Shown here in pieces: positions 45,801 to 57,500 of a stretch of 64,000 nt of DNA (positions are counted from its first letter, which is position 1; each line of letters begins with the position of its first letter). The position numbers and the translations under genes are program-made. This DNA comes from Macrostomum hystrix (Eukaryota; Animalia; Platyhelminthes): assembly GCA_950097015.1 (NCBI GenBank), contig CATNEN010000003.1, positions 1,922,001 to 1,986,000 of the forward strand, in the 5' to 3' direction. The notes under the pieces are model-generated. The model had not been told where the DNA came from and ran no database searches. It worked only from the letters and a program-made list of their open reading frames with translations.

Positions 45801-48800
45801 TCCGATATCTACTCTCTCTCATCCGATATCTACTCTCTCTCATCCGATATCTACTCTCTCTCATCCGATATCTACTCTCTCTCATCCGATATCTACTCTC
45901 TCTCATCCGATATCTACTCTCTCTCATCCGATATCTACTCTCTCTCATCCGATATCTACTCTCTCTCATCCGATATCTACTCTCTCTACCCTCCGATATC
46001 TACTCTCTCTTCCCTCCGATATCTACTCTATACCATACGAAATCGACTATGCCTTTAGTTAAATTATCACTCGAAATGATCAATTAAAATAAAATCTCCA
46101 CCTCCATTTCAGGCTCAATACGCATGTTCAGCAATCTGATGTACCTGAATCTCAATCAATCACTGATTCAGGCCCTTGACTCCGGCCTGGCAACATCATT
46201 TCCAGCACTGGAGAGTTTGCACATTGCCGGCAGCAGATTAGGCCAGGTGAACAAGTTCACCCTCAGGAAGCATCCGGTCCTGAAGGAAGTTGACTTCAGC
46301 TTCAATGGGCTAGCTGACTTCGACACAGCCGGGTCGGCCTCACTGCGAACCCTTAATCTGAAATCGAATTCATTCACCAGCCTGGATAGTGTCGGCGCCG
46401 CCTACTCGTCACTGCGGCTGCTGGATGCTGGACAAAATAAACTGACGCTGGCAAGCTTGATGAACTGGCAGCCACCGCCTGAACTGGAGGTTCGACGTGC
46501 GCGCCAATCAGATTTATTTGGCAGTGTTTGTTGTGTCTCCTCTGAGCTGTTTTCTCATGGTTTGTTGTGTCTCTTCTGAGCTGTTTTCTCATGGTTTGTT
46601 GTGTCTCCTCTGAGCTGTTTTCTCATGGTTTGTTGTGTCTCTTCTGAGCTGTTTTCTCATGGTTTGTTGTGTCTCTTCTGAGCTGTTTTCTCATGGTTTG
46701 TTGTGTCTCCTCTGAGCTGTTTTCTCATGGTTTGTTGTGTCTCTTCTGAGCTGTTTTCTCATGGTTTGTTGTGTCTCCTCTGAGCTGTTTTCTCATGGTT
46801 TGTTGTGTCTCCTCTGAGCTGTTTTCTCATGGTTTGTTGTGTCTCTTCTGAGCTGTTTTCTCATGGTTTGTTGTGTCTCTTCTGAGCTGTTTTCTCATGG
46901 TTTGTTGTGTCTCCTCTGAGCTGTTTTCTCATGGTTTGTTGTGTCTCTTCTGAGCTGTTTTCTCATGGTTTGTTGTGTCTCTTCTGAGCTGTTTTCTCAT
47001 GGTTTGTTGTGTCTCTTCTGAGCTGTTTTCTCATGGTTTGTTGTGTCTCTTCTGAGCTGTTTTCTCATGGTTTGTTGTGTCTCTTCTGAGCTGTTTTCTC
47101 ATGGTTTGTTGTGTCTCCTCTGAGCTGTTTTCTCATGGTTTGTTGTGTCTCCTCTGAGCTGTTTTCTCATGGTTTGTTGTGTCTCTTCTGAGCTGTTTTC
47201 TCATGGTTTGTTGTGTCTCCTCTGAGCTGTTTTCTCATGGTTTGTTGTGTCTCTTCTGAGCTGTTTTCTCATGGTTTGTTGTGTCTCTTCTGAGCTGTTT
47301 TCTCATGGTTTGTTGTGTCTCTTCTGAGCTGTTTTCTCATGGTTTGTTGTGTCTCCTCTGAGCTGTTTTCTCATGGTTTGTTGTGTCTCCTCTGAGCTGT
47401 TTTCTCATGGTTTGTTGTGTCTCCTCTGAGCTGTTTTCTCATGGTTTGTTGTGTCTCTTCTGAGCTGTTTTCTCATGGTTTGTTGTGTCTCCTCTGAGCT
47501 GTTTTCTCATGGTTTGTTGTGTCTCCTCTGAGCTGTTTTCTCATGGTTTGTTGTGTCTCCTCTGAGCTGTTTTCTCATGGTTTGTTGTGTCTCTTCTGAG
47601 CTGTTTTCTCATGGTTTGTTGTGTCTCTTCTGAGCTGTTTTCTCATGGTTTGTTGTGTCTCTTCTGAGCTGTTTTCTCATGGTTTGTTGTGTCTCTTCTG
47701 AGCTGTTTTCTCATGGTTTGTTGTGTCTCTTCTGAGCTGTTTTCTCATGGTTTGTTGTGTCTCCTCTGAGCTGTTTTCTCATGGTTTGTTGTGTCTCTTC
47801 TGAGCTGTTTTCTCATGGTTTGTTGTGTCTCTTCTGAGCTGTTTTCTCATGGTTTGTTGTGTCTCCTCTGAGCTGTTTTCTCATGGTTTGTTGTGTCTCT
47901 TCTGAGCTGTTTTCTCATGGTTTGTTGTGTCTCCTCTGAGCTGTTTTCTCATGGTTTGTTGTGTCTCCTCTGAGCTGTTTTCTCATGGTTTGTTGTGTCT
48001 CTTCTGAGCTGTTTTCTCATGGTTTGTTGTGTCTCTTCTGAGCTGTTTTCTCATGGTTTGTTGTGTCTCCTCTGAGCTGTTTTCTCATGGTTTGTTGTGT
48101 CTCCTCTGAGCTGTTTTCTCATGGTTTGTTGTGTCTCTTCTGAGCTGTTTTCTCATGGTTTGTTGTGTCTCCTCTGAGCTGTTTTCTCATGGTTTGTTGT
48201 GTCTCTTCTGAGCTGTTTTCTCATGGTTTGTTGTGTCTCCTCTGAGCTGTTTTCTCATGGTTTGTTGTGTCTCCTCTGAGCTGTTTTCTCATGGTTTGTT
48301 GTGTCTCTTCTGAGCTGTTTTCTCATGGTTTGTTGTGTCTCTTCTGAGCTGTTTTCTCATGGTTTGTTGTGTCTCTTCTGAGCTGTTTTCTCATGGTTTG
48401 TTGTGTCTCCTCTGAGCTGTTTTCTCATGGTTTGTTGTGTCTCTTCTGAGCTGTTTTCTCATGGTTTGTTGTGTCTCTTCTGAGCTGTTTTCTCATGGTT
48501 TGTTGTGTCTCTTCTGAGCTGTTTTCTCATGGTTTGTTGTGTCTCTTCTGAGCTGTTTTCTCATGGTTTGTTGTGTCTCCTCTGAGCTGTTTTCTCATGG
48601 TTTGTTGTGTCTCCTCTGAGCTGTTTTCTCATGGTTTGTTGTGTCTCTTCTGAGCTGTTTTCTCATGGTTTGTTGTGTCTCCTCTGAGCTGTTTTCTCAT
48701 GGTTTGTTGTGTCTCTTCTGAGCTGTTTTCTCATGGTTTGTTGTGTCTCCTCTGAGCTGTTTTCTCATGGTTTGTTGTGTCTCTTCTGAGCTGTTTTCTC

Positions 48801-51637
48801 ATGGTTTGTTGTGTCTCCTCTGAGCTGTTTTCTCATGGTTTGTTGTGTCTCCTCTGAGCTGTTTTCTCATGGTTTGTTGTGTCTCTTCTGAGCTGTTTTC
48901 TCATGGTTTGTTGTGTCTCTTCTGAGCTGTTTTCTCATGGTTTGTTGTGTCTCCTCTGAGCTGTTTTCTCATGGTTTGTTGTGTCTCCTCTGAGCTGTTT
49001 TCTCATGGTTTGTTGTGTCTCCTCTGAGCTGTTTTCTCATGGTTTGTTGTGTCTCCTCTGAGCTGTTTTCTCATGGTTTGTTGTGTCTCCTCTGAGCTGT
49101 TTTCTCATGGTTTGTTGTGTCTCTTCTGAGCTGTTTTCTCATGGTTTGTTGTGTCTCTTCTGAGCTGTTTTCTCATGGTTTGTTGTGTCTCTTCTGAGCT
49201 GTTTTCTCATGGTTTGTTGTGTCTCTTCTGAGCTGTTTTCTCATGGTTTGTTGTGTCTCTTCTGAGCTGTTTTCTCATGGTTTGTTGTGTCTCCTCTGAG
49301 CTGTTTTCTCATGGTTTGTTGTGTCTCCTCTGAGCTGTTTTCTCATGGTTTGTTGTGTCTCTTCTGAGCTGTTTTCTCATGGTTTGTTGTGTCTCTTCTG
49401 AGCTGTTTTCCTCATGTTTGTTGTGTCTCTTCTGAGCTGTTTTCTCATGGTTTGTTGTGTCTCCTCTGAGCTGTTTTCTCATGGTTTGTTGTGTCTCCTC
49501 TGAGCTGTTTTCTCATGGTTTGTTGTGTCCTCTTCTGAGCTGTTTTCTCATGGTTTGTTGTGTCTCTTCTGAGCTGTTTTCTCATGGTTTGTTGTGTCTC
49601 TTCTGAGCTGTTTTCTCATGGTTTGTTGTGTCTCCTCTGAGCTGTTTTCCTCATGGTTTGTTGTGTCTCCTCTGAGCTGTTTTCTCATGGTTTGTTGTGT
49701 CCTCTTCTGAGCTGTTTTCTCATGGTTTGTTGTGTCTCTTCTGAGCTGTTTTCTCATGGTTTGTTGTGTCTCTTCTGAGCTGTTTTCTCATGGTTTGTTG
49801 TGTCTCCTCTGAGCTGTTTTCTCATGGTTTGTTGTGTCTCCTCTGAGCTGTTTCTCATGGTTTGTTGTGTCTCTTCTGAGCTGTTTTCTCATGGTTTGTT
49901 GTGTCTCTTCTGAGCTGTTTTCTCATGGTTTTGTTGTGTCTCTTCTGAGCTGTTTTCTCATGGTTTGTTGTGTCTCTTCTGAGCTGTTTTCTCATGGTTT
50001 GTTGTGTCTCCTCTGAGCTGATTTCTCAATGTTTGGTGGTCGATTAAGTGAGCTGTTTTCTCATGGAATCGCAACTTGCAAAATGTACGAGTACTTAATA
50101 ATTTCGCAGGTGCTCAACCTCAGTGGAAATCAACTCGGCCAAGAGCCGGACACAAACTTCAGTTCAAAGAACGTCAGTTTTATTAGTCGCCTCCAACAGC
50201 TGCAACAATTGGATTTGAGCAGAAACCGGCTGACCAGTTTGAGATCAGTGACAGCATGGCTGCCTGCCAATGCCCGGCTGTGGAAATTGTCGTTGGGCGG
50301 CAATCCGCTAATCTGCGATTGCGAGCTGTACAGGGATAAGGAGCGACTAGCCAGGTGAGAAAGTAGCTGAGCAATTCATTCAGCTAATCCGCCCTAATCG
50401 CATAGAACTCCAGGCACTTATCCTCTAGAACTCCAGGCACTTATCCTCTAGAACTCCAGGCACTTATCCTCTAGAACTTCAGGCAATAATCCTCCAGAAT
50501 TTCCAGGCAGTAATCCTCTAGAACTTCAGGCAACAAACCTTTCGAACTTCAGGCAAATATCTTCTAGAACTTCAGGCAAATATCTTCTAGAACTTCAGGC
50601 AAATATCTTCTAGAACTTCAGGCAAATATCTTCTAGAACTTCAGGCGCTAATCCTATAGAAATTCAGGCGCTAATCCTATAGAAATTCAGGCGCTAATCC
50701 TATAGAAATTCAGGCGCTAATCCTATAGAAATTCAGGCGCTAATCCTATAGAAATTCTGGCGCTAATCCTATAGAAATTCAGGCACTAATCCTATAGAAA
50801 TTCAGGCACTAATCCAATAGAAATTCAGATTCTGAACCTACAGTATCACCCAGGACTTCAGAACCAACACGAAAACCCTAAAAACTTGGCTTATCCTTCA
50901 GGCAAGGCGTGGTGATAGCGGACACTCCATCGTGTCGCCTAGCCAATGGGAGCAGCTGTCCTCTGATGCGGCTGGGTAGCTGGGCCTGCGACACCCAGTC
51001 GGCCACAACGCCGGTAACTCCTGAAGATCTCGGATCCGCTTCGATGCTGCTGCAGCTCCCCGCTGCCCTGGGCCTGACGGCAGCCGCGGCAGTCGCTGTC
51101 ACCATTGTCCTGATCGGTTCCATTGTTTGGATCTGCAGAAAGCGGAGGCGACACAATCGGAGATTGAAACGCGAATTGCAGCAGCAACAGCAGCAACAGC
51201 AGCAGCAGTTCGTTGCTGAGTATCCGTACAACACGGCGTCAGTAAAGTCCACCAATTTTACCGGGAGTTTAGCCTCGGTGGCTACAAATCGATCCGGCCT
51301 GCCCTACGCAATCGATCCGCAGAAATCGCGTGTGTTTTCTAGGAAACTGAATCAACATTCAGCGTCAACAGAGCGGATGGGCTCTCGCTGCCAGTCTGAG
51401 CAGGTGCTGGGCCGAGGCTCCACTCCCCTGCCGCCAATACCGGATGTACTCGGCGGTCAGTTGCGATGCGCCGATTCTAAGCAGCAGCTGGCCGCCAAGC
51501 AGGAGGACTACAGCTACGTTGACATGGGCGGAGCCGGCTATATGTACGACGAAATCCGGGCTCAACAGCCGCCCCCGCCGCCTCCGCCGCTTATGATTGA
51601 AGGCTACATTGACATGAGCGGCTCAAATGATGCCTAG
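42892..51637 (+). CDS. Single-pass leucine-rich-repeat transmembrane protein
   Basis: Exons 42892-43201, 46113-46489, 50110-50354, 50902-51637 (phases 1,0,2). Signal peptide; Cys-rich LRR N-cap (CVPACTC..VQC); LxxLxLxxN repeats; LRRCT GGNPLICDCEL; TM helix followed by RKRRR; cytoplasmic PLPPIP, YVDM, YDEI, poly-Pro and YIDM. Confidence 0.88.
43290..44525. repeat. Intronic arrays with a GATATCTACTC core: 33-bp unit (43290-44350), then 21-bp unit (44400-44525)
   Basis: CTCTGCTCCGATATCTACTCTAATATCTACTCT repeats, then TAGTCCAATATCTACTCAAAT repeats. Confidence 0.93.
45005..46030. repeat. Intronic arrays with the same core: 22-bp unit (45005-45660), then 21-bp unit (45690-46030)
   Basis: CTACTCTCTCCTTCACTGATAT repeats, then TCCGATATCTACTCTCTCTCA repeats. 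Confidence 0.95.
46525..50065. repeat. Intronic 34-bp array (TGAGCTGTTTTCTCATGGTTTGTTGTGTCTC(T/C)TC), ~100 copies
   Basis: Fills almost all of intron 46490-50109; units differ mainly at a single C/T position. Confidence 0.98.
50403..50830. repeat. Intronic 22-23-bp array, drifting in sequence (AGAACTCCAGGCACTTATCCTCT to AGAAATTCAGGCGCTAATCCTAT)
   Basis: Three successive variant blocks in intron 50355-50901. Confidence 0.9.
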
Positions 51638-51759
51638 CTAGGACAGTTAATGCTGACGATCGTTGTAACACTGGCACAGCGACATTATAATCGAAACAGG
51701 GAATGTGCGCTTTAGATCTGGGATCTGGGATCTTAAAATCTATAGAAAGAGAATCTAAG

Positions 51760-53180
51760 TCATCAATAGGATTTGGGAAGATTGATATTGAATCTATGGG
51801 ATTTGGGAATATGGATTCTAAATCTATGGGACTTGGGAATATCGATCTTAAATCTATGGGATTTGATAAGATGAATCTTAAATCATTGAGAATTGGGAAA
51901 ATTGATATTGATATATTATGGACTCGAAGATAGGACTCGAATCTATGGGATTTGGGAAGATGAACCTTAAATCTATGGGATTTGGGAAGATAGGACCAGA
52001 ATCTATGGGATTTAGGGAAGATAGGACTTGAATCTATGGGATTTGGGAAGATAGGACCAGAATCTATGGGATTTGGGGAAGATAGGACTTGAATCTATGG
52101 GATTTGGGAAGATAGGACCAGAATCTATGGGATTTGGGAAGATAGGACCAGAATCTATGGGATTTGGGGAAGATAGGACTTGAATCTATGGGATTTGGGA
52201 AGATAGGACCAGAATCTATGGGATTTGGGAAGATAGGACCAGAATCTATGGGATTTGGGGAAGATAGGACATGAATCTATGGGATTTGGGGAAGATAGGA
52301 CATGAGTCTATGGGATTTGGGAAGATAGGACCAGAATCTATGGGATTTGGGGAAGATAGGACTTGAATCTATGGGATTTGGGAAGATAGGACATGAATCT
52401 ATGGGATTTGGGAAGATAGGACCTGAATTTATGGGATTTGGGAAGATAGGACATGAATCTATGGGATTTGGGAAGATAGGACCTGAATCTATGGGATTTG
52501 GGAAGATAGGACATGAATCTATGGGATTTGGGAAGATAGGACATGAATCTATGGGATTTGGGAAGATAGGACCTGAATCTATGGGATTTGGGAAGATAGG
52601 ACATGAATCTATGGGATTTGGGAAGATAGGACCTGAATTTATGGGATTTGGGAAGATAGGACCAGAATCTATGGGATTTGGGAAGATAGGACCAGAATCT
52701 ATGGGATTTGGGAAGATAGGACATGAATCTATGGGATTTGGGAAGATAGGACCTGAATTTATGGGATTTGGGAAGATAGGACCTGAATCTATGGGATTTG
52801 GGAAGATAGGACCAGAATCTATGGGATTTGGGAAGATAGGACATGAATCTATGGGATTTGGGAAGATAGGACATGAATCTATGGGATTTGGGAAGATAGG
52901 ACCTGAATCTATGGGATTTGGGAAGATAGGACATGAATCTATGGGATTTGGGAAGATAGGACCTGAATCTATGGGATTTGGGAAGATAGGACCAGAATCT
53001 ATGGGATTTGGGATGAAAAGGACCTGAATCGATGGGATTTGGGGAAGATAGGACCAGAATCTATGGGATTTGGGAAGATAGGACCAGAATCTATGGGATT
53101 TGGGATGAAAAGGACCTGAATCTATGGGATTTGGGATGAAAAGGACCTGAATCGATGGGACTTGGGGAAGATAGGACTCG
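51760..53180. repeat. 30-bp array (GGGAAGATAGGACCTGAATCTATGGGATTT) downstream of the LRR gene stop
   Basis: ~45 copies; degenerate at 51760-51950 and homogeneous at 52350-53000. Confidence 0.97.
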
Positions 53181-54567
53181 AATCCTATCTAGTCCCTAAG
53201 TCCCAATTCCTAAGGGACTATTGGATATTTCGGGTTACACAATTGATTACTATAAATCAGATAACTGAGGAGTTTTATACTGGAACTAAAAACTTATTGA
53301 GATAAAAACTACGCGATAGAATTATAGCTCAGTCACGTATCACAACGAGTGATTAACTTTTTTAAATCTTTGTCATACATTTTTAAGAGCACTGTATTGA
53401 CTCTGAACGTTCTGTATTTTGTTGTGTATTTTTTCCAAGCTTTATTTCTTGTACAGTTGCATGAAATATTTCTTATACGTTTTTAAGTTGACTAAGTTAA
53501 AGAACCGAAAAAAACATAATCGAAATTTGACAAAATATTTAAAACAAAGATTTTTTTAATCCAAAACAATCGTGATTAAATTGCAACGTTTAATTATGGT
53601 ACCTGCAAAATCACCATTTTATTACTGCTTTTCTTATCATTTCAAGAACTGAAAAAAACAAAAGATGGTAGCTAGATTATCCGTGCCTTTAATCCATAAC
53701 AATTAACGATTAGGACAGAAATACGAGTATATATCGTTATTTGGCAGTAAATCTAAAATTTACATTAAAAATGCAACCACTCCTACTGCTGTAAGTAGGT
53801 GAAACAATTTTCACTAATTTTTTCACTAAACGGTTTACAATCGGGACAATACATTTGAGTTTTCCTTAGAAATAATAGAGGCGAAAAAAACTAACTATAA
53901 ACCACCAACTACCACTTTGATTGACAATTGTACCATGAAAAATTTCCGATATGTATAGAAAAATTCGAAACCATAATTTGGGAGTATTGATTATTAGTCA
54001 AGGAGAAAGAAACGACGAGTCTCTTTCAGTTCAGGTAGGCAAAACAATATTAGCAGGTTGCAACATACGGGATATAATAAGCAGAAATAAAGTCTTAGTC
54101 ACATGTCATTTAAAAAACGGTGGTGTAACATGTAAAACTTGAAATAATAAGAAGATACAGTACATAATGCCTCACCGACAAGGATAGAAAACACCGAAAC
54201 CACGAAGAAAATCAAAGTAAAAAATTGTTTTAAAATACTCTCTTACCATCAAGATTCCAATATGTGTAGAAAAAAGCAACATTATCGACTAAATTCATAA
54301 CCGATATGTATCGAAAAACAGTAAATAGTTCTCAAACTGTCGCTGTTTTTAGGATGCTTCTTAGGATGCAAAAAATGGAAACGTCATTATTGCACATATT
54401 CATTAATACAGCGTTATAAGAGCAAAAAATTCAGACGATTAGTATCGAAGTTTGTTGGTAGATTAACAACATCCGATCTGCATTGAAAAATCGGTATTTT
54501 TTATCTATCGAATAATCGTTACTCAAAGACTAAATACCCGATATGTATAGAAAAAAGCAAGAAATCA

Positions 54568-57500
54568 TTATTGTGCCGTCGACTCGGCTTCTTCGAGCAG
54601 CCTCTGCCGCCTGAATTCCCAGAGAGCCAGCGCGGCAGACACGTGCACATTCAACGAGCGAACAACGCCAGACATTGGAATCTCTAGGCAGGCGTCTAAT
54701 TCGCCAATCAAATCGGCGGGAATGCCTCGCTTCTCGTGGCCAAGTAGCAGAAGGCTGCGCCGGCCGCCGCTGCTAGACGGAAATCGATAACGATGCATCG
54801 GCCGACTGCGCTCCGTCTGCTCCAGGCCGATCAGGACAACCCCGGCTGCTCGCTGCTGCCTCAGGTAGTCCAGCAGTGGCGGTCCAGGCGGCACCTCGGT
54901 CAGGCGAAGCCAGCGATGCGCCCCCAGAGACAGCTGGTCGAACTCCGGATCCGCTAGCAGGCGCAGATTCGGCAGGCAGACGTCTGAAATGCCGAAGGCT
55001 TCAGCTGAACGACAGAGGCCGCCGAGATTGTTGGCTTTGTCCACCAGGGAGGCGACGATGATGAGTTGGCCGCAGGTGTCAACCTGACCACCTGCGGCAG
55101 CGGTGGACAAGTTGGAATTCGTATCTCGACCTTGGCCTGGCTGGCTGAAAAAATTTGCCGCTAAGCTTTGAAAATACCTATTTTACACTCAAACTGTAAT
55201 TTGCCGATATGTGACGAAAACCCCGATTTTTGCATGAAAAGTTCAACTAGCGGATACGTGAAACGGATTGTCATATGAACTTAGTATAACAAACTATATT
55301 TCTAGTTAATAGAGTATCTGTGATCGGTGACGATTGACTTTCGAAAGAGAGTGTTTAAGGAGTAAATTTCAATTGACCGATATGTGACGAAAACCCCGAT
55401 TTTTGCATGAAAAATTCAACTAGCGGATACGTGAAACGGATTGTCATATGAACTTAGTATAACAAACTATATTTCTAGTTAATAGAGTATCTGTGATCGG
55501 TGACGATTGACTTTCGAAAGAGAGTGTTTAAGGAGTAAATTTCAATTGACCGATATGTGACGAAAACCCCGATTTTTGCATGAAAAATTCAACTAGCGGA
55601 TACGTGAAACGGATTGTCATATGAACCTAGTATAACAAACTATATTTCTAGTTAATAGAGTACCTGTGATCGGTGACGATTGACTTTCGAAAGAGAGTGT
55701 TTAAGGAGTAAATTTCAATTGACCGATATGTGACGAAAAAAATGTTTTACACATACTTAATTGTCCTATGTGACTAAACAAGAAATCACAATTGATTTTC
55801 AAATATCAAATGCGACGGAAGAAGCTCAAGTTGATATGCAACAAAAATTTCAAATTTCCTTACTGGTCACTAATTTTATTGCTTTGCCGATATGTATCGA
55901 AAAAAGTAAGAAACAATCGGATATATTCTTACGATAGCTGTTGAGCCGATTGTGGCTTCCGCTGCAAGCTGATTTCAGTTTGTTGTTGCGACGGCTCCGC
56001 CGTCATCTCGGCGTTAACGGCAGAACTGCCGCCTGCATTGCTGACCAAAGTTTCAAGAACTTCGGCAGTTCGCCAACGACCCGGCAATTGTAGTTGGCAC
56101 TGCAATGGCTCCGTTGAAGCGGCCGATGCCACCCTGGCTGCAGCGCTTGGCGACCACTGATCGGGCAGGATCAGCTCCTCCGGTTGGAGACCCCACAAAG
56201 CTGGAGCCAGGTGGCAGATTACATCGAGGCCCAGGTGATGACTAGGCAGGAAGTCGTGCAGCCACCAATGCCGCTCCAGCAGTGGCAGCTTGCGAAATGT
56301 GTGACGCGAACGGCGCAGAAAGTCGGCTCGTTGGGCGAACCGATCGGCTAGGGCTGCGAGAGATTCGAAGTTTTTTGGTTGGTTATTGATCTAGAAATTA
56401 CTCATCCTGATCTCATCTCACCTTCATCCAATCTCACGTTGATCTAATCTCACTCTGATCTCATCTCACCTTGATCCAATCTCACCCTGATCTCATCTCA
56501 TGTTGATCCAATCTCACCTTGCTCTCATCTCACCCTCATCTTATCTCACGTTGATCTCATCTCACCCTCATCTCATCTCACGTTGATCTAATCTCACCCT
56601 GATCTAATCTCACCCTGATCTCATCTCCTGTTTATCCAATCTCACCCTGATCTCATCTCCTGTTGATCCAATCTCACCCTGATCTCATCTCATGTTGATC
56701 CAATCTCACCCTGATCTCATCGCATCCACCTTCGATCCTGTCTCATATTTCCAATCTCACCTTGCCTTTCGCTGCCTTCAGCCAGTTCAACAGCCAACGG
56801 TGCCAATCTGAGCTCGGCAATCTGAGCGTGCAGACGAATCTGCAGCTGCTGCGCCAGGCACCAATCAGAGGCCAGGGCTAGCACGCGGGTCACGTGATCG
56901 CGCAGTCTATACTGGGCAGAGCCGTCGGCTCTGAGCTGATTGGCTACGAGAATCGAAACCGATAATAGACAGGTGACAAATGCTGGACGGCTGTCTGTGG
57001 TGAACTTTGACTGTGAAAAAGAGAGAAACAACAAACTATTCTTACTACTATATGAAGTTATTAAGTAGCAAGATGCGCAAATTTAATTCCTAATAAAATT
57101 CAAACTTCTAGAAACTAGCTAGAATTCCAGTCTAGTGGTTAGAGCGATGGGCTTCTGACCTAGAGGTCAGGAGTTCGAATCGGAGCCCGGTGTACTTTTA
57201 CTTTTATTATAAAAAGTACAACATCAAGAGGAAAGCACTTAACAGTAGGACTACCAAACCATTTCGCCACCAGTTTTCATACCAAGGAGGGGGAAATTCC
57301 CCCCCCCGAGAATTTTTTTGATAGCGCCCGAATGCTAATAGCGTTGGGTGGTGACTGATTGGTTGACAGACTAGGCGATTGTGCCCTGTGGTTGAGCTGC
57401 ATGCGCCTAATATTTAGGCTTGATCCGTGGAATCAGATAAATTCGCGTCAGGGTGTCCATTGTGGCCTAGTTCCACCTGTTGTAGCCCTTGAAGGTCCAG

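Noticed and set aside
54568-55110. Bacterial SpoU/TrmH gene or horizontal transfer
   Set aside because: It is the last exon of a multi-exon eukaryotic TARBP1/Trm3 gene with in-phase GT-AG introns.
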